From NCBI RefSeq assembly GCF_006345805.1, contig NC_043011.1, forward strand, positions 49,116,464 to 49,180,463: a stretch of DNA of 64,000 bases, read 5' to 3'. Below are positions 63,900 to 64,000 of the stretch, one piece after another. The notes under the pieces are model-generated. The model did not search any database. It was not told the origin of the DNA and saw only the letters and a list, made by a program, of their open reading frames with translations. A program made the position numbers and the translations under genes. Origin of the DNA: Octopus sinensis. Lineage: Eukaryota. Within the stretch, counting starts at the first letter, position 1. Each line of letters begins with the position of its first letter.

Positions 63900-64000
63900 T
63901 CATCATCATCATTTTAACATCTGCTTTTCTATGCTTGCATGAGTTGCATGAAGCTTATTGAGGCAGGTTTTCTATGGCTGGATGCCCTTCCTGTCATGAA
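63900..64000 (-). mobile_element. Diverged RTE 3'UTR tail
   Basis: (CAT)n..GCTGGATGCCCTTCC. Confidence 0.7.

Overview
This is AT-rich, microsatellite-saturated eukaryotic DNA. The SINE/LINE repertoire and repeat density suggest a coleoid cephalopod, most likely Octopus (inference, no search run). No intact host gene, rRNA, true tRNA or CRISPR array is supportable, and almost all listed ORFs are translations of simple repeats. The window is a transposon graveyard: ~20 copies of a tRNA-headed CORE-like SINE, three further SINE types with swapped heads and tails, and RTE, Tx1/L1, R4/Dong-like and CR1 LINE ends. It also holds mariner/Tc1/maT, Merlin, piggyBac-like and Helentron-like DNA elements and two Penelope-like (PLE) coding remnants. 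The most notable signal is a population of at least 15 minimal type-I hammerhead-ribozyme (HHR) motifs from about 10 unrelated short element families. Most end at (AT)n tracts, many occur as inverted pairs, and some inversion junctions fall at the ribozyme. All coordinates and alignments were made by eye; boundaries are approximate (about 10-30 bp).
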